The position numbers and the translations under genes were made by a program. The notes under the pieces are model-generated. The model saw nothing but the letters and a program-made list of their open reading frames with translations. It was not told the origin of the DNA and ran no database searches. A stretch of 64,000 nucleotides of DNA from Bispira polyomma (Eukaryota): contig OZ287756.1 in assembly GCA_965649765.1 (NCBI GenBank), forward strand, positions 55,056,001-55,120,000. Direction: 5' to 3'. Shown here in pieces: positions 39,397 through 52,000 of the stretch. The number at the start of each line of letters is the position of its first letter. Within the stretch, counting starts at the first letter, position 1.

Positions 39397-41936
39397 CCGT
39401 TTTCGACATAATTAGCGCACAGTGCCCTTAGAAAAACAAATTACCCCTATAAATGAGGTTTTAAGTGTTTCCTAATAACCACCCAGGCCCACAAAAAAAG
39501 CATTCTAATAACCGCCCAGGCCTACAAAAAAAGCATATCTCTCTCTTCACAGATGAAATGTCTGGAGACCCCATGTAGAAACATATCAGTGCCTGTATTG
39601 TGGTGATCCTACTCATCTACGTACAAAGTCTACAATGTCAAGTTACACCTCAACTAAGACAAAAAAAATGTGTAAATAATGTCACTACAGGATAAAAATA
39701 TTACATAATTATTCCCAAGTCAAAAAATAACTTGAACACGGATGAATTAAAAATGTAATATATCTTCAGCAATTGTTATTTAGTTTAAGGTTGATTCTTG
39801 GTTTTTAAAATATATAGCATATCTTTTGCAGGTGTGTTCACACTGGTAAATTTTACAATCTATCTGATAACAGAAAGCTCCGCAATGAAGTATTACTATT
39901 AAAATTTGCTGTAAAACCCAAAGTTATTGTAAAATTTATTTGGTAACTTTATTAACTCTCTTATTGTCAGTATGATGAATTCTCTTAGCTTCAAACTTTT
40001 ACAGTCTAAAACAAGAAATAAACTATGTACTTGGCGAATGAAACTTGAAACTAAATTTTGATCATTGTATCCACCGATCTGGTGGATACTTTGGTTAAGC
40101 GTTCGCTATGCTGCCGTCGCCACCGCTGTGCAACGAGTTTTTCGTTGCTAACAGTCAGCGGAAAACTAGACCAGCTAGCTTTACCAAATTTGCAGGATTT
40201 CTTCATTGGGAGGTAAGCTTCTCTGCAACTAAAATTAGCCTCATTCTGAAAAACAAGATGGCCACCATGGGCATTTCTTTGAAAATTGTCTACCTTTTTC
40301 TACTGGCTGGTTCTCGTAACTAGAAGGTTAAATCTTTTCATAGGTGATATGTATAACAGATATGTATGTCCTCTACAAGCATGCAGACATTTGACCTTGA
40401 TGCTCTTTATTCAAGGTCATCCATAAAGTGCCAAAGTACCCCACATAGCAGACTTTAAAAGTGCCTATATCTCCCTTATTATTGGTCCCAGAGGTTTGGC
40501 ATGTAAAGTCTACTTATAAAAAATCATAGACTAGGAATCTTCTGATGTGGTCAGGTTTGACCTTTGGCCCCCCTTTAAGGTCAAATGAGGATAACCGAAC
40601 TAAAAAGTGATTATAACTTGCTTATTATTGGTCCTACAGGTTTGTAATGTGAAACCAACTTACAGGTAATCATGGGCTGGGAATCTTCTGATGTGTTCAG
40701 ATTTGACCTCCTTGAAGGTCAGATGAGGGTAGCCAAACTTAAAGTGCTTATAACTTGCATATTATTGCTGCTACAGTTTTGACATGTAAAAGCAACCTAT
40801 AGGAGATCATTGGGCTGGGAGTCTTCTGATGTAGTCAGGTTTGACCTTGGGCCCCTCCTTGGAGGTCAAATAAGGGCAGCCAAATTTAAAAGTGTTTATA
40901 ACTCGCTTATTATTGGTCCTAGAGATTTGGAATGTTAAACCAACCTAAGGAAATCATGGTCGTAGAGGTTTTGGATGTGAAACAAACCTACGGGAAACAT
41001 GGGCTGCTAATCTTTTGGTCACATTTAACCTTGGATCCCTCGTGCAAGGTCAAACAGGTAGGCCAAACATTAAATTCCCTATCACAGATTTATTATTAAT
41101 CCCACAGGTTTGCAATGTCAAACTCACTTGTGCCATTTAAGGCTTTAGCATAAATGCCTTATAGGAAATCGTAGGCTTCTAGCTTGGGTGCTAACTAGAG
41201 TGCTTGCTACCGTGGGTGCTTTGTCTTTCTGGTGGATACATATACGCATCAGTTCTCCAATACACTAGGTCTAGTTTACTTTTTTACTGGATTTTAATGG
41301 CCATTTGCTGCAGTTAATGGCAGGACAGAAATAGTAATTTTGCTTGGGCTTGTTTTTCACACCATTGATCTAAATAATATATTTATTTAAATTTAACATT
41401 TTTGTTTAAATAATATATTAGAGATTATATTCTAATTACATTAATCATGCTAAATTTGCTAAACTCATTGGAAGTCATTATTGTCCACCAATGAGTGTGC
41501 ATACTGATTTTCCTAAATACAATATTGTTGAGCCTTAAATATCTTTGAACAAGGCTACTTTATCAGTCACTTTCTTTAGTATTCGAATTTATGACTAATT
41601 TCTAGCATTGTAAACCTGAGTGCAGGAAGACTGCATTAGTTAATATAACAAGTTTCCTTTCACAGGAACTAAAAGTCTTGATTGCAGTTATTCATTTGTA
41701 TTGGAAAATAACTTGAGTAATTGTATATAGTATTTATTGCAGTTACTTGCATAATAGTTTTATTTTAAAAATAGCAGTAGAATTATTTTTTTCTTCTTTC
41801 AAATTCTCATTTGAATTTTGCATAGGTACATGCTGATATAAGGCTGAAGTAATATCTCAAATAGCGAACCATACCAAACATAAAATTAGGGGATGTGTGG
41901 TAAATGGGGCATGTGCGGTAATTACGTCGAATACAG
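39397..41936. mobile_element. Non-autonomous Tc1/mariner-type element
   Basis: TA|CCGTTTTCGACATAATTAGCGCAC ... GTGCGGTAATTACGTCGAATACAG|TA: imperfect terminal inverted repeats of about 30 bp with a TA duplication. Confidence 0.75.
40065..41276 (+). mobile_element. HINE/pearl-like element with ~140-bp core tandem repeats
   Basis: 5' palindrome GTATCCACC-GATCT-GGTGGATAC, four to five core repeats (about 40450-41110), 3' subterminal GGTGGATACA, ending in CTAGTTT. Confidence 0.8.
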
Positions 41937-44556
41937 TAGTTCATAATACTATAAGTCATTCAGAATTTTCACCTGATACATGCATTTATTTTTTTAATGT
42001 ATAATTAGCATATAATTTATATAATATTTATATTCAGTCATGATATATACATACCCTTAGGCTTTTAAAGATAAAGACACCTACTTTATTAAAAACTGTG
42101 TTATAGGTAGAAGTCTCCATCCATAAATTGAATAATAAGTTCCCCACCAGGAAAAGTCCCTATTAGCTTAAATGAGGGTGAGGAAAAGTTCACATTAATT
42201 TTTTATTTTTTTATAGAGAACAATAATTAACAAATTTTTTTATAACATAAGAATGTAGAAAACATATTAGTCGGGCTAATCAAATTATTTGCAGGTTAAT
42301 CTTTTCCAAAATTACTGAAGGATCAGTCTGAAATTTTGCAAATGTATACCTTACCACATAGATAATAAAAATGGTTTATGGCATTTTGTTTAAATTTTTA
42401 ATTTGGATATTATTTTATTTATTTGTTTAAATTTAAGAAACATGAATAACTCTAATTTATTATTGCATTTTGACACTTTGAATGTATTATGAGCATATAG
42501 AAAAACAGGATCAGAAAAGCTAATGCACTGGTCAAATTTGACCTATGACCTTGAATTCAAGTAGTTTGTGTCTTGTCTTTAAGTGGTTACTTAAAACAAT
42601 GCCACCAAACTTTCTGGTATATTTTTTTAATGATCAGCAGCCTTTCTTGTAAGGGTTTTAAAGAAACGTATCTGTCAAGGTCCCTTTTCTGGCCCTAAAA
42701 AGGGCAATTTTTATGTTTTTGCTTTATATCTTATTAACAAGAGTTTTAAAACTTGGAATGAAATCAATGTATTGTGAGCCTATACGAAACCAGAGATTTG
42801 ACCTACGACCTTAGGATCAAGGTTAAGTTGCTTTCATGAAGGTCATCAATCAGAAGAAAACTGCTATGCCCGTTCAGGCATTCACATCTTGTTGTTCGTT
42901 TGCTTGAACAATTTTCAATTTCTGACTGCTACAGTGGTCACTACATTCTTGTTTAAATGGTGGTTCCACTATGCCGATTTCGTAGTAAACCTTGCCAATT
43001 TTACCATTTTGTCAGTTATTTTGCCATAGCAGTCCCGAGTTGATTATTTAATTAAAAGTACGATCGTCATAGACGTGATCACTTTATATAGTGATAGTAG
43101 ATTTTGCCTTAGCCTAGAGATATGAGACCGTTGAGCGGTCACTGAATGCTTGGTATTGTTTCAATGCCTGAGCAATATACAGGGTTTCGAAATCCACGTG
43201 TCGCACAACGTTTTAAAGCAATAAAATACCTTATATCGGCTTTATTTTATAACATTTTCTTCGATTGCAGATTCTGCCATTTTGTAAATAAAAAAAAACA
43301 AATATCGCACTCTGCGCAGCTTCCAAAATATTAAACTACGGTCGCTGTTTGTCTGCTACATTTTTATTGGTTCAAAATTGGGAAGTTGTTCTGTGACAAC
43401 CAATCAGCGCCTAGCTTTGTTCTAGCAATTTGCAAGCGCCACCTAGTGAGTGTGTGATTTGTTACCACATAAAACCAACATTGTATAATAAAAGCATTGT
43501 ATAATCTATTCAAACCCTAGCAACCAAAAAAGGGAAGATTTTTGGTTTTTGTATTACACATCAGATGCATATATCAGACAGCATATATGGTGTGGTCTGC
43601 TTTCAATATACTTTTTTAGGAATATAAGCCATTTTAATTTGATGGCTAAATATTGGCTAAATTGCTGATTTTTGTCCCCCATTTAAAATTATAATGCCTC
43701 ACTTTTTCAGTGACAGTGGAGGAGTGCCCCCACATTTGGAAATTCCTAAATGGACACTGTGAAGTGACATTGGCATATTTATTATAAATCTTATTTTGTT
43801 GAAGTATGAATTAATTTTAAAACCACGATTGATTTTTTAGTGTTGGTAAAAGCATGAAATGAGTTGAAAATATTGACCATATATTATTTTGCCACCAGAA
43901 ATTTATTATTTAAAAAAAAATGTGATCGGTAAAATACATAATACTTGAATTTGTCGTCTGATGTCATAATAGCTTGATTGTATTAAACAAGTACTCAGTG
44001 ACTGACAATCTACATGTGGCCCCATGGGCCACTCTTATCTTGTTTATGTTTTTGAGCCATTTATTTTATGAATGTAATATGAGTGTATTGGAAACAAAGA
44101 TTAGACAATGAAATGTACTGGCCATAGTTGGCCTATGTCCTCAGGTTTAAAGTCAAACATGGGTTACAAAGCTCAAATTTCAATATTTGTGTCTTGTCTT
44201 GACTGACATTTGATATGTCATTCTTGAAAGCAATAAGCATACAAGTGTTATTATGTAAACATTTTCTTTGACTGTCTACACTACTTATTACACTGTATAA
44301 TTTAAACTTGTCCACTGCTTTTGTATTGTTAGTTGCTGCGGTGATTATTATTGCTAAAGCTGTTGATGGATTAAAATTAGGTCTTTATACAATATACACT
44401 TACACAAGTCATTGGATAATGCAGAAAATGTACCTGAATTGACACTAATGAAGTAATTCTATAGCAGTTATTTTCGCCCCTAAAAAAATAGATTATTGTT
44501 ACGTTAGTCATTTGTGAATAACTATGGTGTATTGTTTTAAATGCATTTTTATAGAT

Positions 44557-44845
44557 TGTGATTATTTAAATCTAAGTTTATTCACTGAAAAATTCTGGAT
44601 GCATAATTTTAACTGGCTTTAAATATAACTAATTGTTTTATTACAGATATCCAAGATTACATACAGAGTTTTCTAAATTTGAATAAAATTGTGTATATGT
44701 TTTTAAAAGGTTATATGTACCTAACAAAGAATGTTTAAATTTATACTCTGTGGTCTATGAATGAGTATCAACCAAATAGTTGACACAGATATATTATTAC
44801 TCTGAGCTACTCTATAATCTAGAATGTAGTAAACATAATTGTCTG
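44557..44845 (+). other. Exon-less paralog of the ankyrin array unit
   Basis: Upstream and downstream intron sequence are joined at GTACC-TAA-CAAAG. The 277 bp equivalent to 52985-53261 (acceptor, exon, donor) are absent. Confidence 0.93.
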
Positions 44846-44991
44846 ATATACTTTTAGATGAACAATTATTAAATTTAAGGTTGTCATTAAATGGTTGGAC
44901 ATTAAATTTTGACTTATAACATGTACCAAAATGCATTTTGTTCAAGTTGTTATAATGATTGATATGACCTTGATATAGATTGGTAAACTTG

Positions 44992-45525
44992 TGTAAGGTA
45001 TAAATTCATAGGTAAGTGAGTACTGACCACTTATTTTTACTTGAAATAGTATTTAACCTGTAACTCACAGACTATTGGAAATAAGGTATATATGGGAAAT
45101 AAGTCTGTCAACAGTGTTCATAACTACAACATCTGATTAAGCTTTCTGTATGACTTTTAATCTGAACATGGGGGCACATTTCTAGGTAAAGACAAAGTTA
45201 TTAATGATCATTTCCAAGAAAAGTATTTGTGTAGGAGGACTAGCCTGTCTCTCTAGTAGAGTGTATGTTTTAGTGTTTTAGTATTTGTTAAATGTATAAC
45301 TTTATAATTTGTGAAAACTGTAGATGAGTCTTGATAAGGTTATTTTAAGAAAGTTGTCAGAGTAATTTCCTTTTGGTGAAGTATATAAATGGTTAGATTG
45401 AATTGTATAGCAGAGTTGCAATGTATACTTTCACAGAGATAGTGACCTGATAGAGTTGAGTTCTGAGTTCTACAAATAGAAGTACTGAGTTGAGTGAAGA
45501 AAGCTATGCCTTATAACCAGTTACA
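44992..45525 (+). mobile_element. Probable solo LTR
   Basis: TGTAA...TTACA ends, near-perfect 4-bp flanks CTTG/CTTA, and an internal TATATAAA at about 45382. Confidence 0.5.
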
Positions 45526-45975
45526 CTTATGAGTTTACAGTTCAGTTCTGATACATGGAATAGCTTTTAATGTTAAATGTTATAAACAATATACATGGAA
45601 AATGAAACAGTATCTTCTTAGTCAATCTGACTAGGCTACACCGCCCCAAAGCCTCAGCCACAACACAACACCCTCACAATAGTGTAGGAGTCTTGAAACA
45701 CAACATGTACTGAGAAACCATGTATCATGTCTCTAAATAAATGGCTAATGTATATATTCAAGATATATAGTTAAATTGAGAGAATCGGGAGGATTTTGAG
45801 TTTTCAATGTTAACACACCAGTGAGTATAGTTTTTCGCCAAGCAGAATTTTACTCAGGAGTCGGCAGTTATGCTTCCCCTGTGCATCTGATAAGTAAATG
45901 TAACACAAACTGCAGACTTTTTTGTTTTTAATGTTGGAGTAAGTTAGATATATCTTAGAATATAGATAAATATAG

Positions 45976-46782
45976 CCTAGAAATGGCGGGAGCTAATAGA
46001 TCTAAACATGTATAGATACATGACATTTAATAACATGTCCAAAACGCATGTAGGTACATGCCATACAGCAACTTGTCCAAAATTTATATAGGTACATCGC
46101 GATAGCAAGATGTCCAAAACAGCTATATGTACATGGCGAGAGCAACATGTCCAAAACACAAATAGGTACATGGCATACAACAACATGTCCAAAATTTATA
46201 TAGGTACATGGCATACATCAACATGTCCAATGCACATATAGGTACATGGTGAGAGCAACATGTTCAAAACAGATATTAGTACATGGCGAGAGCAACATGC
46301 CTAAAACACATAGTCGTACATGGCGAGACTAACATGTCCAAAACACATACAGTTGCATGTCGAGAGCAACATGTTCAAAGCACATATTGGTACATGGCAA
46401 GAGTAACATGTCCAAAACACATACAGGTGCATGTCGAGAGCAACATGTTCAAAGCACATATCAGTACATGGCGAGAGCAACATGTCTAAAACACATATAG
46501 GTACATAGTGAGAACAACATACCTAAAACACATATAGGTACATGGCGAGAGCAACAAGTCCAAACACTCAGGTACATTGCTTACAGCCACATGTACCAAA
46601 CACATATAGATACATGGTGAGTGCAATATGTACAAAAGACATAAAGCTACATGGCAAGAGCAACATGTACAAAATACATATAGGTACATGGCGAGAGCAA
46701 CATGTACAAAACACATATAGATACATGACATACAGCAACATGACTAAACACATATATCTACATGACGAGAGCAACATGACTA
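45976..46782 (+). repeat. 37-bp minisatellite array
   Basis: About 21 units of GTACATGGCGAGAGCAACATGTCCAAAACACATATAG. An inverted homolog lies at 60762-61409. Confidence 0.95.
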
Positions 46783-48186
46783 TGAAGGATTTTGAGATTT
46801 TTCAATGTTAACACACCAGTGAGTATAGTTTTTTGCCCAGCCATAATTTTACTCAGGAGTTGGCAGTTATGACTTATCTCTTGATAAAAAGACTTATATA
46901 TTGGATTTGAGACACTCGCAGAGGTTTTCAAACATGTTAGAAAACCTCTGTGAGTGAGTGCGTATCGGCTGATAAGTTGGGCCCCCTCCAGAGTTATCTT
47001 CCAGAGTTTATATATTCTACATATGCATAGCAAACAATTACTATAACATAATTTACAATTACTATAACATAAGTCACTACAAAATAACATTACAAACATT
47101 ATTCACAGATGATTAACAAATACAAGGACAATGGCAAAAAGCAACACCATTCTAAATTATCACTTATTATACACTCTGAGTTGTCTTTTCCTTGTAACAG
47201 GGGCGTATTTTTGATGAAAAGACTTAACTTTTCCTTTCAATGACTTATCTTTTGTGTATCTCTTATCTCTTCCAAAAACAATTTGGTCTGTGACATCCTT
47301 TTCACTGGTAATAATGGGGAACCATGTGAAGTGAAAATGAGATTTGCAACTCAAGGTGCCAATAATGGCCCTATGTTGATATTTCAGTGCTCAAATATTT
47401 TTTAATAGTGGTAGGAAATGAATGATGATTTTCCACTACTGGGGTTTAAATAGAACCACCAGGCTCTATGGCTAAGGTGAAGCCTAACTGTATGTAACCG
47501 GTTAGGACTGTTAGCAACCGTTTGTCATGATATTGAGACAATTGATAATTCCATTTTAGGACACAAGGTTTATTAACACTAACATTATGTTTGGGTGCTA
47601 AACCTGTATTCCTATCAAACAAAATTTCACCGTGTTTAAGTTCTTGCTCAGAATCACTTGGGCACACTAATATACTGTAAAATTATCACCTATTTAAGGT
47701 TATTATATTGTGCATCGCAAGGTTATTATATATGAGCATCGCAAACATTAACTATGGCCCACAGACTGCTTTGACACTAAGGATACATGAGTTCCTGCGG
47801 AATGCGAGACAAAAATTAATTTTTAGAACAAGTCTGTTGATCCTGTTGAAGACGGCAGCCAACATTGGCCTATTAGAGACTTATCATTTTAGGGTTTTCA
47901 TCACTCCGCACGTTCGTAAATGATGAAACCACATAGAAATTTAGAAATTCCCACGACCATAACGACCCTGGAATCTATCAATGAGTCGACTCTTGGTCTG
48001 GCCGACCTACTGGATAGAGCATGTTCGACAAGTGATGCAGTAGATGAGATTACTGCTTTATAATCATTTTTATTAAGAGCTAATGATGGTGCCTGTAGTG
48101 TTTATACATGGACAGTATCGACACCATTGGTTGATGAATGGGTTTATGTGTGCTTATGTGTACTCAACCTTGGACCTTAGGTTTCA

Positions 48187-48790
48187 CCAATGCCCTTGTG
48201 ATTAGCCGCCTCGACTACTGCAACTCTCTCTTGTACAGAGCAAACAAGTCACACATTAAAAAGCTTCACTCCATTTAAAAGTACCTATGTAGGGTCATTT
48301 TTCGCTTGGGTTGTCGCACAGACGTCACTCCTTACCTCAAAAAATTACACTGGCTGCCCATTACCTCTTGCCTTTTGTTCAAGATTCACGTTACTACTTT
48401 TAGCGCTGTAGTCACTCAAAAGCCCCCCTACCTTGCCTCCCTTCTTTCCTTCAGTAACCACAAGAGAGGCAACTGACTCTCCGTCACTTCCGTCAGACCA
48501 ATCAGAAAGGCGGGATTCAGAGCGTTCTCCACTGCAGTTCCACTTTTATGGAACAGTCTCCCAGTCGACCTCAGATCAGTCGACACACTTATCAGTTTTA
48601 GGAAAAAGCTTAAAACCTATCTTTTTAATCTTGCCTACCCACCTTAGCTTCCCTCGTGCACGCTCCAACTTCCTTCCTTACGACTTTGCAATGTCGATGA
48701 ACTTAATAATTCGACCAATGATTCTGCTGCTGTGCTTTAGAAGATGCCTAGCATCAATAAAGCGCATTAAAAATTTATAATATTAATAAT
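48187..48790 (+). mobile_element. 5'-truncated L2 LINE
   Basis: Reverse complement of about 61411-62020 (ORF2 end FRKKLKTYLFNLAYPP, 3' UTR, TAA-rich tail). Confidence 0.92.
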
Positions 48791-49045
48791 AAATGGTGGA
48801 TATTCTAGTTTGGCTTGTACTAGAATATTCCTGAGATTTTTGCAACCTTAACTTATAAGTTACCTAGACACCAAGCACTTAGCCATTGAGTGACAAATTG
48901 CTCTTATCTCACCTAGTCACTACACACCACTGGCACGGCTAGTAGAACTCTCAGCCAGTTTTTGGTGGTTTTTCCTCATACCAAGAAAGTAAGAGTATCA
49001 CCACTAATGTGCCACAACAGCACAAGCTTCAAAACCCACACGTGT

Positions 49046-49068
49046 CTGATGAGCCTCTTCGGTGAAAC
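49046..49068 (+). ncRNA. Degraded hammerhead-ribozyme core-like motif
   Basis: CTGATGA-GCC-TCTTC-GGT-GAAAC: the conserved core boxes around a 3-bp stem II. Confidence 0.35.
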
Positions 49069-52000
49069 CGTGCCCACTACTACCCTTTTAATCCACCCCA
49101 GATTCGGACTATTCTGTGACATGACAGACAAGTAGAGTGTTATGCATGATGTCACAACTGTCACCTGTTATGACATAGTATCACCTAGCAACCTTGCCTT
49201 ACCTCTCCAGGTGACAAAGGTTTACCTTTAAAAGCTTCAATTTCATTGGTTCAGGAGCTGAAACCCCTAGGTAACCTATCCCATGACTCATTTCAAGTCA
49301 CATTATCACGGTCACGCACATAGCACTAATTGTGTATCGGAGTTGTTGCAAAATTATTGGCAAGTTTTCCGCTTATGTGAGGTGTGGCATTAGATGTCTA
49401 TGTGACGTTATAGCACCCATTCTTGCATCTCCAATTACCTTGACCCATTTCTAGTGGCAATCATCTCCTCCATCTGGGATTCCTAAGGATGTAGCTGAGT
49501 TCGTATTTGAAAAGGTTTCAGTGTTCCAGAAATGGGAACACAGTGGTGAAGTTTACATCTCTCTGTCCTGCATCATACTTGGGATTCTAAGCCGCCAATT
49601 TCAAACTATCCCCAGAGATCTCCCTGTTTTGCAGTCTTACCTCTTGCTGGTGCGCACTTTAATTTAGTACCATCTGTCAATATCTGGCAACTTTAAATGG
49701 GCAAGGTAGTCTTGCCTTTGACCTTTCCAGCAGTGATTAAAAAGAGGCTTACTCTCATTCAAAACTGACACATTGTCGTCTCATAAGAGATCTTGTTGGT
49801 TGCAGACTTGTTCCAGTGTCTACTACTTTCTGATGTACGGCCATGCTTCTTCTCTATGGATTAAGTGGCAAATATACCTATTACAGACTTACTCATTATT
49901 TTTCAGGTACCCTATGTACTTTTCTTAAACTCTGACTTTTATTCTAGCAGCTTACTTACACAACTCTGCACAACTCATTATACATAAATAGATTTTTTCT
50001 AGCTCTCTGTTGGTGTACACAACTGTGGATCCTGTTTTGGATCTGTCATTCCCTGATATATGCAAGTTCTGTATATATAATTGATGTGACGGAAGTAGTT
50101 CATTGCAGTGCTTTTTGAAGTTCTACCAACACTAGAGCCATGATACACATAACTGTTAATTACATTTGAATCTTGCTCAATGTCAAACTGGACTATCAAT
50201 GGCAGTTTTTAGTAGTTTGTGTCATATCTCTAATCCTATTCCTTGTCATACCATTAATCTTGATGTGATATCGCTGTTTGGTCAACAAACGTACTGGTAA
50301 GGTCTGAATCATGTCAATCTGTTTCAATGTTGATTACAACTCTAAAAGGGTTATTTGTAATGGTTATTCTGCATACTATCTTTACTATTGGTTTTAGAGC
50401 ATTTAATTGTATTGTAAGTGTGTATAGGAACCAGACTCAGGCAATGTACTACACCAACAATATTTCACCTATGACCTTGGGTTGAATGTTAAACTCGGGT
50501 TATAAAGGGCAATTTTTAGGAGTATCATATCTCAAGATTTATTATGAATGCTATTACATACTATGATATCTCAATAGGACTAAACAAATTACAGTTAAAG
50601 TTCTTTATAATACAGTTATATTTGAAAGTCACTTATAGAAACCTGAAATGGTCATTTTTTATGTTTTTGAGCCATTTATTTTATGAATGTAGTATGAGCG
50701 TATTGGAAACAAAGATTAGGCAATGAAATGTACTGGCCATAGTTGGCCTATGTCCTCAGATTATTGTCAAACATGGGTTACAAAGGTCAAATTTCAATAT
50801 TTGTGTCTTTCCTTGACTGACATTTGATATGTCATTCTTGAAAGCAATGAACATATATCATTAAATCTAATTGCACTGTGACCATATTTGACATCTAACA
50901 TTGCACACAAGTGCTGCCATGCAGTTACATTTGCTATAATTTTTTGCAATATATGAAATGAATGTTTGAAATTGTATTTCAAAAATGTGTCAAAATGTCT
51001 GTAAATCCCTACACTCGCTATTTAATATTAGATTCAGATCATTTTAATGCAGTGATCAGATATGGTTCACAAACTTAGGTTAAGGGTGCCATAAGTCATA
51101 ATTCTTTATTTATTATGCTTTATGTCCATTTTTTCGAATTAATTTATCCAATATACCCCTTATGCTGCCTTCTCTTTACTATAAATTGGCGCAGTTGAAG
51201 ATTGCAATCAATGTAAACATGGCTGGCGGTTAAAAAGTTTAATTATTGGTTTATATATAGAGAGAAACATAAATACAAGACAACATAATAGTAACACAAG
51301 CATATGTTGAGATGGGCTATAGTACAACTTAGGAGTCTATGTTTGGCAGTCTATCTTAAGATGGGTCAGCCAAACTTGAGATTTTATATACAGAAACATA
51401 ATATAAAGGAATATGAAAAAAAGTAATTCAAATTATTTTTTATTAATAACAATCAGTGACTTTCGCTTGTCTATTTAAACTCTCTGCAGAATTTATATAG
51501 CCACATAGGATGACTGTTCAATTGATGTAGTGCTGGCAGTTAAGATTGCCTAACATCAACTTATCCTGCAAATATATAGGGTTGCTATATAGACAGACAC
51601 TAGTTTATGAAAGGCTACAGAAATGGAGGTTCTCTGTGGAAAAAAAAGGTTCCCACAGCTGCATGTGTGATTGAAGTAATTTTAACTTTTAACACTGAGT
51701 TACTAGTATATAAGGTGTTTGTGTCAGCAAACCTTGAAATGTAATTAGTCAATTTCACATGATTCCAATTTGGCCAGTAACACACCGGTAGCATCAAGTT
51801 ATTAACAACTGTGCCATTTTATGTTCAGGTGGGTAATTATGACTTGGTCATTGATATAAGTTGTCTAAAACATTATTTTATCTGAGTCCCCACCTACTGA
51901 TTTTACTGAATCACGAATCTGGAAACTATTATTAAAACCGACTATGGCAGAGGAATGATGTATATGCTTACCAGCACTAAAGCCAGTTAAACTACTTAAT

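Larger units (their letters stand above)
38577..44043 (+). mobile_element. ~5.5-kb HINE/Helentron-like non-autonomous element with nested insertions
   Basis: 5' palindrome AGTAGATTGGCC-AATCAA-GGCCAATCTACT, 3' subterminal CAATCTAC, then the stem-loop GTGGCCC-CAT-GGGCCAC. It is inserted in a T-run, and the empty site is visible in duplication copy B near 50655-50662. Confidence 0.82.
36047..44845 (+). repeat. Intragenic segmental duplication, copy A
   Basis: 36047-38578 matches 47966-50660, 44043-44240 matches 50659-50850, and 44557-44845 matches 52817-53386 minus the exon. Identity is roughly 90% by eye, with different insertions in each copy. Confidence 0.92.

Noticed and set aside
45976-46782. 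37-bp periodic arrays as CRISPR, or their Cys/Met-rich ORFs as genes (also 60762-61409)
   Set aside because: The units are head-to-tail with no unique spacers and no cas genes, in a eukaryotic context. The ORFs appear in several frames simply because the unit lacks stops.
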